DNA of 64,000 nt from Mycoplasmatota bacterium (GCA_018394315.1 CP074575.1:310001-374000); one strand, 5' to 3'. Positions 1 through 9,535 are shown, counted from the first letter of the stretch. Notes: generated by a model not told the origin, from the sequence alone. Translations and numbers: made by a program.

Positions 1-602
1 ATTGTCAATTGAGCAAATGAGTTAAGTAGATCTTCAGGAACTGTTTTAAGTATATCTGTCATTATGTATCCTGGTGAAATAGCATTTACTCTTACAGGTA
101 CACCTTTTCTTGCAAATTCTTTTGCCCAAGTTTTCGTAAGCCCGATTAATCCAGCCTTAGTAGCTGAATAATTGGCTTGTCCAATATTTCCATATTCGCC
201 AACAACACTTGAGATATTAATTATCGATCCTCCACCATTTACTTCCATCTGTGGACCAATATGTCTTACTAAGTTGAATACTCCTTTTAAATTTACGTCA
301 ATTACTAGATTCCACTGCTCATCAGTCATCTTTCTAGTCATTGAGTCTCTAGTAATTCCTGCATTATTAACTAGAATATCTATTTTTCCATACTTCTCAA
401 TAATCTTATCAAAAAAATTCTTACAATCTTCGGTATTAGTTACATTCAGTACATATCCTTCTACTTGATCGTTTTCATAACTTAATTCAGTCATGTCTAC
501 AGCTACGACTTTAGCACCTTCTTTTGCATATCTTAATGCCATTTCCATACCTAAACCTTTTGCTGCTCCAGTTACAACAGCTACCTTATTTTCAAGTCTC
601 AT
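1..602 (-). CDS. fabG: SDR-family 3-oxoacyl-(ACP/CoA) reductase (FabG/PhaB-like), 3' end runs off the window
   Basis: Not in the ORF track; my translation is MRLENKVAVVTGAAKGLG...LVNNAGITRD...GQANYSATKAG... (TGxxxGxG, NNAG and YxxxK motifs). Its ATG overlaps the thiolase TGA (ATGA). Confidence 0.85.
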   Translation of the reverse strand, partial: MRLENKVAVVTGAAKGLGMEMALRYAKEGAKVVAVDMTELSYENDQVEGYVLNVTNTEDCKNFFDKIIEKYGKIDILVNNAGITRDSMTRKMTDEQWNLVIDVNLKGVFNLVRHIGPQMEVNGGGSIINISSVVGEYGNIGQANYSATKAGLIGLTKTWAKEFARKGVPVRVNAISPGYIMTDILKTVPEDLLNSFAQLT

Positions 603-1816
603 TTACTCTCCTCCATACTTTTAAGAATTAATGCAGTACCCATTCCTCCACCAATACAAAGTGAAGCTAATCCATATTTTGATTTTCTTCGAAGCATTTC
701 GTGTACTAACGTAGTGGTAATTCTATTTCCACTAGCACCAACAGGATGACCTAATGCAATAGCTCCACCATTAACATTTGTTCTTTCCATAATTGCTTCT
801 TCTGTCATTTTGAATTCTGAAGCTAATTCTTTAACAACTCCTAGACTTTGTGCAGCAAAAGCTTCATTTAACTCTAATAATTCGATATCACTTAAAGTTA
901 AATCTGTTTTACCAATTGCATCTATTACAGCAGGAACTGGTCCTAGTCCCATATAAAGGGGTTCTACGCCACCTTGCCCAACACTTATAATTTCAACTAG
1001 CGGGTTCAAGTTATGTTCTTTTACTGCTTCTTCACTAGCTATTAACATAAAACTAGCACCGTCATTTATTCCAGAACTATTTCCAGCTGTTACCGAACCA
1101 TCCTTTTTAAAGGCTGCTCTTAATTTTCCTAATTTCTCTAGAGTAGTCTTACCGTTAGGATATTCATCTTTATCAAATATGATTTCTTCTCTTCTACTCT
1201 TAACTGTAACAGGTACTATCTCATCATTAAATTTGTTTTCTTCTAAAGCCTTAACAGCTTTCTTCTGAGAGTTAATAGCGAACTCATCCTGTTCCTCTCT
1301 TGTCAAAGAGTACTTCTCAACGATATTTTCAGCTGTTATTCCCATATGAACTTGATTAAAAGCATCAGTTAGAGCATCATCAATCATATGATCCTTAACA
1401 TTGAATCCAACCATCTTTATCCCATTTCTTACTTTTTCTGGCAGTAAGTATGGCGACAAACTCATTGATTCAGTACCACCAACAACTACCAGATTGTGAA
1501 TCCCTGCTTTAATACTTGTGAATGCATTCATTATCGTTTTCATCCCTGATCCACATACCATGTTTAAACTGTACGCTGGTACACTTACTGGTATTCCAGC
1601 TTTGATAGATACCTGTCTACCAAGTCCTTGACCCAATCCTGCAGGCAAAATATTACCTACAATTACTTCATCAATTTTCTCAGCACTAATTTTAGTCTCT
1701 TCTAAAATGTTCTTTACTACTACCGCTCCTAAATCCGCTGGATGCACCGATTTAAGAGTGCCAAGAAATGACCCAATTGCTGTACGTTTTGCTGATACAA
1801 TGTAAACTTTACTCAT
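599..1816 (-). CDS. Acetyl-CoA C-acetyltransferase (thiolase), copy 1
   Basis: NMVCGSG, NEAFA, GHPVG and CIGGG thiolase motifs. Start placed at MSKVY (1816) after a GGAGGAGGA RBS. Confidence 0.95.
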   Translation of the reverse strand: MSKVYIVSAKRTAIGSFLGTLKSVHPADLGAVVVKNILEETKISAEKIDEVIVGNILPAGLGQGLGRQVSIKAGIPVSVPAYSLNMVCGSGMKTIMNAFTSIKAGIHNLVVVGGTESMSLSPYLLPEKVRNGIKMVGFNVKDHMIDDALTDAFNQVHMGITAENIVEKYSLTREEQDEFAINSQKKAVKALEENKFNDEIVPVTVKSRREEIIFDKDEYPNGKTTLEKLGKLRAAFKKDGSVTAGNSSGINDGASFMLIASEEAVKEHNLNPLVEIISVGQGGVEPLYMGLGPVPAVIDAIGKTDLTLSDIELLELNEAFAAQSLGVVKELASEFKMTEEAIMERTNVNGGAIALGHPVGASGNRITTTLVHEMLRRKSKYGLASLCIGGGMGTALILKSMEESK

Positions 1817-1917
1817 ATAATCCTCCTCCAAAATATTAAAAGTTTTACACAGTTAAAAACTACAAATTGTCATTTAAACTTATACTTGAAATTTGTACTT
1901 TTTTCCTTTATACTATC

Positions 1918-1978
1918 TTCAGTTACTGGTTATCTCGTTAGTAACTGAATAACTGTTCATAACATGAAGACTTATTCA
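1918..1978. promoter_or_regulatory. Candidate TetR operator region in the divergent promoter
   Basis: 10-bp inverted repeat TTCAGTTACT-N12-AGTAACTGAA (1918-1949) and two TGAA-N6-TTCA boxes (1946-1959, 1965-1978). Confidence 0.4.
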
Positions 1979-2049
1979 ATAAATATCATAAAACGCTTAC
2001 AATGTCAATGCTATTAACGCGTTTTCGAGCTATATTAGGAGGAATTTAT

Positions 2050-2649
2050 ATGATTAGTGGAGTTAAGATACCAACCACTAGAAACGGAAAGGCAACCTTC
2101 AACATCATAGTAGAAACAGCGATAGAACTGTTTTATATAAATGGCTACCACTCTACAACCATCGGTAATATAACATCTGAGGCAGGAATTGGAGCTGGAA
2201 CTTTTTACCTATATTTCGCAAATAAAAAAGCATTATACACATATATATTGATGGAATTTCAACACGATATAAGAAAGAGAATTGCTACAAAAGTAAACCA
2301 AGTTGAAGGAAGATTTGAAAAAGAAAAAGAGGGTCTTAAAACATTCATTAAATACGCTTTAGAAAATCCTCATTCTTATAACATAATCTGGGAATCTTTA
2401 TATATTGATAGAGAATTATTCATAAATTATTACGATACTTTTGCCAAAAGATACGAAGTAGGTCTTAAGGAATCTGTTGAAAAAGAAGAAATGTATGACG
2501 TGGACACTGAACTTGTTTCATATATTCTAATGGGTGTAAGTAACTTCATTGGTCTAAAAGTATTACTTAAGTTAGGTGACAACAATTCTAATGTTGATCA
2601 AATAGTTGATAACGTAATGAACATAATAAGGACAGGTATTTTTAAGTAA
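2050..2649 (+). CDS. TetR/AcrR family transcriptional regulator
   Basis: N-terminal HTH (GYHSTTIGNITSEAGIGAGTFYLYFANK). AGGAGG RBS before the ATG at 2050. Confidence 0.9.
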   Translation: MISGVKIPTTRNGKATFNIIVETAIELFYINGYHSTTIGNITSEAGIGAGTFYLYFANKKALYTYILMEFQHDIRKRIATKVNQVEGRFEKEKEGLKTFIKYALENPHSYNIIWESLYIDRELFINYYDTFAKRYEVGLKESVEKEEMYDVDTELVSYILMGVSNFIGLKVLLKLGDNNSNVDQIVDNVMNIIRTGIFK

Positions 2650-2717
2650 ACTTAAATTTTAAATTAAGTTTTTTTATTTCCGATTAATGGGAGATAGCGT
2701 TATCATAAATAAAAATG

Positions 2718-2746
2718 TTCCACACTACTATAAAGTGTGCTAGAAT
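2718..2746 (+). promoter_or_regulatory. Sigma-A-like promoter of the T-box leader
   Basis: TTCCAC-17 bp-TAGAAT with an extended TG, about 15 nt before the T-box stem I. Confidence 0.5.
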
Positions 2747-2759
2747 AACTACTAAATAC

Positions 2760-2972
2760 GATGAACAAGAGTAGTAGTTAACAATCTTTAGTTATAGAGA
2801 ACTACAGTTTGGTGAAATGTAGTACAAAGAATTAATGAACGTGCTTGGGAGTATAATTATCGAATTTTGAGGTAATTACGTATATCTTGCGTTAAAAGAT
2901 TTGAGTGCTCTTTTTTAAAGAGAATTAAGGTGGTACCGCGTTAATAACGTCCTTTTTATGAGGGCGTTTTTT
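2760..2972 (+). ncRNA. T-box riboswitch, Arg (CGU) specifier
   Basis: AGTAG, AGAGA and GGTGAA stem I motifs; GAA-CGT specifier at 2840-2842; T-box AAGGTGGTACCGCG at 2927-2940; terminator AACGTCC...GGGCGTT plus T-run. Confidence 0.93.
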
Positions 2973-2988
2973 TATTAGGAGGATTATT

Positions 2989-3687
2989 ATGGAAAAATTA
3001 TTTGATTTCGAATCAGTTTATGTATGGATACCGTATTTGATAAAGGGACTATCTATTACACTAATTATTGCATTTACTAGTGCTTTATTTGGTATAGTCC
3101 TAGGAGTTATCTTAGTAATAATGACAAGGAGCAAGTTCTTGCGGTTTATCTCAAGCACATACATTGATATATTTAGAGGTACACCTGTTATTCTACAATT
3201 ATCAATAATTTATTTTGCGGTACCACAAATACTAGATAGATTATTTAACACAATGTTAGGTAATAATATAGATTTTGCGATGAATGCAGTTTTCGCAGCT
3301 ATTATTACTTTCAGTCTAAATTCAGCTGCATATGTTGCTGAGGTGATCCGTGCTGGGATCAATAGTATTGATAAAGGAGAGATTGAAGCAGCTAGAGCAC
3401 TAGGAGTTAGTAAATTTCACATATATAAAGACATCATATTTCCTTTAGCTTTTAAAAATTCATTACCAACATTGATGAATGAGTTAGTAACCTTAGTAAA
3501 AGAGTCATCAGTAGTCTCAATTATCGGTGTTCAAGATTTAATGAGAAGACAACAAATTGTAACATCACAAACATTCATGTACTTTGAACCACTTTTGTTT
3601 ATTGGAGTGATTTACTATATCGTTATTAAATTAATGACGATTACTAGTAGACAAATAGAAAAGAGGTTAGTTTATGATAACTATTAA
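2989..3687 (+). CDS. Polar amino acid (probably arginine) ABC transporter permease
   Basis: FRGTP and EAA loop (EIEAARALG); lies downstream of the Arg T-box. Confidence 0.92.
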   Translation: MEKLFDFESVYVWIPYLIKGLSITLIIAFTSALFGIVLGVILVIMTRSKFLRFISSTYIDIFRGTPVILQLSIIYFAVPQILDRLFNTMLGNNIDFAMNAVFAAIITFSLNSAAYVAEVIRAGINSIDKGEIEAARALGVSKFHIYKDIIFPLAFKNSLPTLMNELVTLVKESSVVSIIGVQDLMRRQQIVTSQTFMYFEPLLFIGVIYYIVIKLMTITSRQIEKRLVYDNY

Positions 3688-4393
3688 AAACATACATAAA
3701 TCATACGATAGTTTAAAAGTTTTAAAAGGAATTGATTACGAATTTAAACATAATAAAACTACCGCAATAATTGGTTCAAGTGGTAGTGGTAAGTCTACAT
3801 TACTAAGGTGTTTAAATTTGTTAGAAAATCCTAATGAAGGAGATATATTCTTCTTAAATGAAAATGTACAAGAGCTAAAAGATACAACTACTTTAAGAGA
3901 ACAAGTTGGAATGGTTTTTCAATCATTTAACTTATTCTCAAATATGAGTGTTCTAGAAAATGTTTCATATGCGTTAAGGGTGGTAAAAAAAATGAAAAAG
4001 ACAGAAGCCGATACTATCTCAAAAGCGTTGTTAGAAACCGTTGGATTAAGCGATAAAATAAGCGCTTATCCACATCACTTAAGTGGAGGGCAGAAACAAA
4101 GAGTAGCAATTGCTAGAGCATTAGCAATGAAACCACAGGTATTACTATTTGATGAACCTACTTCTGCTTTAGATCCTGAGATGGTTAACGAAGTCTTAGC
4201 GGTCATTAAAAAGCTTACTAAAACAGGAATTACAAGTATTGTAGTAACACACGAAATGAAATTCGCTAAAGAAGTAGCCGATGAAATAATCTATATGGAT
4301 AAAGGAGAATTAATCGAGAGCGGAAACGCATCTGAATTCTTTAATAATCCCAAGTCTAAAAGAGCCAAAGAATTCTTAAAAAATATAATATAA
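3674..4393 (+). CDS. Polar amino acid ABC transporter ATP-binding protein (GlnQ/ArtR-like)
   Basis: Walker A GSSGSGKS, LSGGQKQR signature, DEPTSALDPE. Confidence 0.95.
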   Translation: MITIKNIHKSYDSLKVLKGIDYEFKHNKTTAIIGSSGSGKSTLLRCLNLLENPNEGDIFFLNENVQELKDTTTLREQVGMVFQSFNLFSNMSVLENVSYALRVVKKMKKTEADTISKALLETVGLSDKISAYPHHLSGGQKQRVAIARALAMKPQVLLFDEPTSALDPEMVNEVLAVIKKLTKTGITSIVVTHEMKFAKEVADEIIYMDKGELIESGNASEFFNNPKSKRAKEFLKNII

Positions 4394-4404
4394 GGAGAAT
4401 TAAA

Positions 4405-5148
4405 ATGAAAAAAACAATTATAATATCGTTAATAATAACTTTATTAACTGGATGCAAAGCAAATACTGAAACAATTACTGTATTAACTAGTACAGGATAT
4501 GAACCATACGAGATGGTAGATACTAATGGAGAATTATCAGGTTTTGATATTGAGCTTTTTGAAGCGCTAGCTCAAGAAACTGGTTATGAAATCAAATGGA
4601 AGGACGTATCTTTTGACGGAATCATCGCCGCACTGCAAGCAAATCAAGCGGATGCTGCAATAGCCGGAATTACTCCAAGCAATTCAAGAAAAGAGAAAGT
4701 AGATTTTTCTAATACTTATTATAATTCAGAGGATGGGTTGATAAATTATCTTATTGTAATGAATGATAGCTCAATCACTGGAGTGAGTGATTTAGAAGCT
4801 AAAGTGCTTGGAGCACAATTAGGTACTATTCAAGCTGATCTAGTTGAAGAAATTAAGTCAATATATAACTTTGAGACTGATTTAAGAAATATTAATGCAC
4901 AAATTATTCAGGAGTTGAAGTCAGGTAGAATCGACGCACTTGTAGTAGAAAGTGCTGTTGCAGACTCTATTTTAGATTCGGAAAACACGTTTAAAAAAGT
5001 TCTACTGGAAGTTTCAAGCGAAAGTATCACCGGTAACGCAATTGCTTTTCCTAAAGATAGCAACCTAACTCAAGACTTCAATAATGCTTTAGAAACTCTA
5101 AAGTCAAATGGAAAATTAAAAGAGTTAGTTGATAAGTGGTTTAATTAA
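4405..5148 (+). CDS. Amino acid ABC transporter substrate-binding lipoprotein (SBP family 3)
   Basis: Lipobox LLTGC; YEPYE, GFDIEL, RKEKVDFS motifs. Confidence 0.92.
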   Translation: MKKTIIISLIITLLTGCKANTETITVLTSTGYEPYEMVDTNGELSGFDIELFEALAQETGYEIKWKDVSFDGIIAALQANQADAAIAGITPSNSRKEKVDFSNTYYNSEDGLINYLIVMNDSSITGVSDLEAKVLGAQLGTIQADLVEEIKSIYNFETDLRNINAQIIQELKSGRIDALVVESAVADSILDSENTFKKVLLEVSSESITGNAIAFPKDSNLTQDFNNALETLKSNGKLKELVDKWFN

Positions 5149-5175
5149 ACTAAAGAGGTAATTAACTTTATCATT

Positions 5176-5207
5176 AAAGGTGTTATGGGTTTTCATAACA
5201 CCTTTTT
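5176..5207 (+). terminator. Intrinsic terminator
   Basis: AAAGGTGTTATG-loop-CATAACACCTTT followed by T-rich sequence. Confidence 0.8.
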
Positions 5208-5361
5208 ATTTACCTTTTAGGCACTTTTTAAATAACTTAAGTGATAAAGGCACCTTCGGAAATTATATATTCTGAATACATATATATTGAATACTAAACT
5301 TGATGAACACTTAAGTAAAAATAAGATGTATTCCTCATATTCTACGAAAAGGAGGGAGGGT

Positions 5362-5829
5362 ATGGATAAAGAGTTAGATTCTATTATTGAAAAGGAAATA
5401 ATAAATCAGGAATTTGAAGAATGGTTTGGAGAGTTTCCATGTAGGCGTACAATATGGAGTTCTGATGAACCAATTGAAAATGCTACTTTAATATTTAATT
5501 ATCAAAATGGAACTGATGAACTCAGACTCTATATAAACGACAGTTCAAGACCTACAGAAATCCTTAACCCAGGAGAATCATATAAAAAAACAAAAATAAA
5601 CTTATATAGAATAGAAATCTGCTGTGGTAACGAGACCCCTGTAAGTAATAATAGATGTTTAAATATGTGTAAAAGACGAAGAATTAACGAATCACATTGT
5701 TCAGGTACTATAAGGATATGTACTTATCACAAAAAACCTTGTGCAAAACCAAAGTGTAATTATGCATTATGGTTAATTATATTTATATTAAATGTAATTA
5801 TAGCCCATTCTTGCTCTGACTGTTGTTAA
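5362..5829 (+). CDS. Cys-rich protein resembling the endospore appendage (Ena/DUF3992) core, with a hydrophobic C-terminal tail
   Basis: Strong RBS AGGAGGGAGG before the ATG at 5362. Pattern TIWSS..ATL..NG..LNPGES..T..L..IEICCG..CSG.I.IC recalls DUF3992 from memory; family call unverified. Confidence 0.5.
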   Translation: MDKELDSIIEKEIINQEFEEWFGEFPCRRTIWSSDEPIENATLIFNYQNGTDELRLYINDSSRPTEILNPGESYKKTKINLYRIEICCGNETPVSNNRCLNMCKRRRINESHCSGTIRICTYHKKPCAKPKCNYALWLIIFILNVIIAHSCSDCC

Positions 5830-5845
5830 TCTAATTCTAATAATC

Positions 5846-5874
5846 AATAACCCACAATCAATTTGTGGGTTATT
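5846..5874 (+). terminator. Intrinsic terminator-like hairpin
   Basis: AATAACCCACAA-loop-TTGTGGGTTATT. Confidence 0.7.
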
Positions 5875-5969
5875 ACTATTTTGAACTTTTTGAAAAATTT
5901 AACATTTATACAACTTATCACCTAGTCAAAAATCAAACTTAATAATACTATAAAGTAGGAGTTGATAAT

Positions 5970-7211
5970 ATGAGGGCTATCATATTCATAAACACAACAG
6001 AGTCGGGTACATCTAGAGAAGTATTAAAATCTGCGAAGAGATTAGGTTATAAAGTAATTCTTTTTACAGACAATTCAAAACAAGATAAAGAAAGACATCG
6101 ATTCACTGAAGTAGATGAACTAATATACTTAGAATATCTATCCTACGGCGATATAAAATCTTACATTGAAAGATATATTTTACACTTTTATGAGATCTCC
6201 GCTATCTTAAGCTTTTTAGATGGTTATGTAGGAATGGCATCTAGACTCGCAGACGATTTTACTGATAATATACTTAGTTCAAAAGCACTTGAAATAATGG
6301 AAAACAAACTTAAAACTAGAATGTTTTTTAAAGATGATAGTTTTACCCCGAAGTTCTCAAGTCTTAAAGATTTGTTAAATAAATCTCATTTGAATTTTCC
6401 TGTTGTCTATAAAGAATGTACTTCAACTGGTTCAAAGGGAGTAAAAAAAATAAATTCAAAATATGAACTTACAAACTTCGTGACGTCAGATGCCTTCATA
6501 GAAGAATATATACCAGGTCAGCAATATATGGTTGAGGTTTTAGTAAAAAATAGTAATCCAAAGATAATTGCCAAAATTAAGCAGATTATTTTGCAAACTA
6601 GTTATGATACATTCATTGTAAAAGGTTACTCTTTAGATAAAGATTTTAAGCTCCACACAAGTGAAAAAGAAATGATCAACAAAATTGTTTCTAAATTAAA
6701 GATTAAGAATGGACACATTCATATTGAATATAAGATGAATAAAGATGGGGTTAAACTCATTGAAATAAATCCTAGGATCTCAGGCGCAGGCATGCATGCG
6801 TTACTTGAAGAAGGACTTGGAATTAACTATACTGACCAAATGTTGAAGTTTTACCTAAAAGAAGATATACAAATTCCCAAACTTAAGAATAATTGTTACG
6901 CTCATTACTTTCTATCTAACAAAGGAGGGATACTTTCTAGAGTCACTGGAAGAGCAAAATCAATCATTCAAAAAGATATAAAGAGATTATTCATTAAACC
7001 TAAACAAGGTCAATTTATTAGATTACCAAAGTCAATGGCCAATCGATATGGTTACATCATTGGAACTGGTAGAACAATAGAGGAAGCAAGAACAAATACT
7101 CTCAAAGCTTCAAAAAATATCAAATTCCATCTAGTTCAAGAGTCATACTTAAACCTAATTCTCTTTATACTTCTCGTATTGGTACTTTCACTGCATTTGC
7201 ATAACTTATAA
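5970..7211 (+). CDS. ATP-grasp domain protein (L-amino acid ligase-like) with an extra hydrophobic C-terminal tail
   Basis: NKLKTR, STGSKGV, IEEYIPG, HIE and LIEINPRISG motifs. Confidence 0.88.
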   Translation: MRAIIFINTTESGTSREVLKSAKRLGYKVILFTDNSKQDKERHRFTEVDELIYLEYLSYGDIKSYIERYILHFYEISAILSFLDGYVGMASRLADDFTDNILSSKALEIMENKLKTRMFFKDDSFTPKFSSLKDLLNKSHLNFPVVYKECTSTGSKGVKKINSKYELTNFVTSDAFIEEYIPGQQYMVEVLVKNSNPKIIAKIKQIILQTSYDTFIVKGYSLDKDFKLHTSEKEMINKIVSKLKIKNGHIHIEYKMNKDGVKLIEINPRISGAGMHALLEEGLGINYTDQMLKFYLKEDIQIPKLKNNCYAHYFLSNKGGILSRVTGRAKSIIQKDIKRLFIKPKQGQFIRLPKSMANRYGYIIGTGRTIEEARTNTLKASKNIKFHLVQESYLNLILFILLVLVLSLHLHNL

Positions 7212-7285
7212 AAATTCATTATCAAAGAAGAGACTACTATTTACCATTCGTTTTTGAATGGTATTTTTTTAATTAAAAAAAGAAT

Positions 7286-8293
7286 TTAAAAATTCTTAAT
7301 TTTATATTCACTATATTTAATAATATTTCTGGCGTGATCAAGTTCACCTCTAAAAATTATTGGTACTCCCGGTCTCCAATTTATCTCATAAAGATAAATT
7401 TTATTATTCTTATCGAGTCCAATATCGATTCCTAGTTCATTAAGATCATCTCCATAATAATCATTAATGAATTCAGCCAACTGAATAGCGAACACTTTCA
7501 TGTATTTAAAAATGGCATTCCACTTCTCATCATACTCTCCCTTTAAATATGACTCGATATCAACTGTATATCCTCCTTGACTATAGTTTGTTACTTTGTT
7601 CTTGACGTTAGCTATTCTTGGATAGATAGTTGTAAGTATATATTTACCCTCTCCATTTTTTTGAGTATGAAGTCTAAAATCGACAGGTAGACCTTTTGAA
7701 GTCTCAGAGAAAATATATTGTTGTATTAAGTATGACTCTAAATCTATATTCTTTAAAGGCTCTTCTAAAGAGTTAACTACAAATTTACTACCATTCTCGT
7801 AGATTATATATGTTTTAGATTTTTTTTCAATAAACAAAATCCCGATCCCCTGGCATCCACTCATAGGCTTCAAAACGATTTTTTTATACTTATTCAGGAA
7901 TTCATCTACATTACTAATATTAGAGGCTAATTTAGTTTTCGGTAAGAAACCTCTAAAACAAGTGTCCTCCATTATTATTCTATGAATATCTTCTTTATCC
8001 CCTATTGGATTCTCTAAATACGATATTTCATCTCGTAATCTCAAGTAAATATCATTTTGTTTATCTGTATTTGGTTTAAACATATTAATTACAACCTTTG
8101 GAAACGGATAGGTCTTCTTAATCCACTCTCCATTTTCATAACTAAATCCCTCTATCGTCCTACTTATAAAGTCAACCTTTCCTGGTGAAAAATAGAAAAA
8201 TTCTACTCCCTCCATTTTAGCTGCAGCTGCAAAAGTATAGACCCTACTAATTTTGCTTGGATGAGCCCTCATATGCATAGCCCCTACTAACAT
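7286..8293 (-). CDS. YheC/YheD family ATP-grasp protein (spore coat-associated family)
   Basis: VLKPMSGCQGIGI, YLIQQYI, DFRLHTQK, TNYSQGG, ELGIDIGLD and YEINWRPG motifs. Confidence 0.88.
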   Translation of the reverse strand: MLVGAMHMRAHPSKISRVYTFAAAAKMEGVEFFYFSPGKVDFISRTIEGFSYENGEWIKKTYPFPKVVINMFKPNTDKQNDIYLRLRDEISYLENPIGDKEDIHRIIMEDTCFRGFLPKTKLASNISNVDEFLNKYKKIVLKPMSGCQGIGILFIEKKSKTYIIYENGSKFVVNSLEEPLKNIDLESYLIQQYIFSETSKGLPVDFRLHTQKNGEGKYILTTIYPRIANVKNKVTNYSQGGYTVDIESYLKGEYDEKWNAIFKYMKVFAIQLAEFINDYYGDDLNELGIDIGLDKNNKIYLYEINWRPGVPIIFRGELDHARNIIKYSEYKIKNF

Positions 8294-9480
8294 TATTCGT
8301 CCTCCCTTAAATGAAAAGTAATTTTTTTCGCAGCATCCAATGCAGCTTTTTTGGCATCTTCAACTGTCTCTCCAGTTGCGATAATGTAACCATTTCTATC
8401 TCCCATGTGCCTTGGCTTTCTAATATAATTCCCTTTTCTTCTCTTAATAAACACCACTTCAACACCAGGAGAGTTAAGAGCTTTAATCTTTCCAGTTACT
8501 CTGAGACTTTCTCCTTCTTTTTCTGATATTAAAAAGTGAGTGTACACATTTTCTTTTACTTTTGGCAACTCAAAATCTTCTTTTAAATAAAATTTAAGTA
8601 TCTGCTCTGCGTAATCAATTCCACTAGCTACTTTCATAATGTCATTCATTCCTGTACCCGTTGTTCTTGGATTTATTTCAATCAGTTTATAGATATCTCC
8701 ATTCTTTCTCATTTCAATATGTAATTCACCATTTTGAACTTCTAATTTCTTGGTAATATCTATAATGATTTTTTCTTCATTACTAGTTATATAGTCATCC
8801 TTATTTAGTGAGTATCCTAGTATAATGAATGAATTGTTTTTAGTATAAATATTATCCTGATGGAACTTAACGATATAAACAGGATTACCGTTTTCAACAA
8901 ACACCTCAAATAAGTACTGTTCTCCGTCTACATACTCTTCTACTAAAACATCATCAGAATTGTAAAATGATTCAGGGATGTCTTCTACTGTATCGACTTT
9001 TTTTACATCTCTAGAGGCTGATGAAGATGATTTCTTAATTATAAAAGGATAATTCAATAGAAAAGCGTCGCTCTTATTCATTTTTGCTTTTATGTAAATT
9101 GGCGAAAAATCATAGTCCTTAAATACTTCTCTAGTACGTAATTTGCTCTCCATAATCTCTAAAGCATTAGTGTTCCTAGGATTAAAAGTGAATTTATCTC
9201 TTAATCTAGAAGCCAAGGTAACATAACCATCTACAAAACTCAAAATAGATACTATTTCGAAATGTGGCTTTATATTTTGTTTTATATATTTTTTTAATTT
9301 ATCAAGAGATAAATCTTCCAAATAGAGCATTTGATGAACATCATGATACTCATCTAGCTGATTAATTTGTTTTTTGTTATCAGTTATTAAAATAGTATAA
9401 TAATTTAACCTGTCACAAGCCTTAATTACGTCCCTGCTTAATCCAGATTTATTCGTCTTAATGAAAACTACTGCCTTCAT
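8293..9480 (-). CDS. ATP-grasp domain protein, paralog of 5970-7211
   Basis: Same architecture (VEEYVDG, HIE, LIEINPR). Its TAA overlaps the YheC/D ATG (TAATG). Confidence 0.88.
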   Translation of the reverse strand: MKAVVFIKTNKSGLSRDVIKACDRLNYYTILITDNKKQINQLDEYHDVHQMLYLEDLSLDKLKKYIKQNIKPHFEIVSILSFVDGYVTLASRLRDKFTFNPRNTNALEIMESKLRTREVFKDYDFSPIYIKAKMNKSDAFLLNYPFIIKKSSSSASRDVKKVDTVEDIPESFYNSDDVLVEEYVDGEQYLFEVFVENGNPVYIVKFHQDNIYTKNNSFIILGYSLNKDDYITSNEEKIIIDITKKLEVQNGELHIEMRKNGDIYKLIEINPRTTGTGMNDIMKVASGIDYAEQILKFYLKEDFELPKVKENVYTHFLISEKEGESLRVTGKIKALNSPGVEVVFIKRRKGNYIRKPRHMGDRNGYIIATGETVEDAKKAALDAAKKITFHLREDE

Positions 9481-9535
9481 AATATCACCCTATCATATAC
9501 TATGATTTGTTAACAAACACAATTAGTGTAAATGT

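Noticed and set aside
172..468. 98-aa plus-strand ORF in the track
   Set aside because: Antisense shadow of the minus-strand SDR/fabG gene, which the track missed because it runs off the window.
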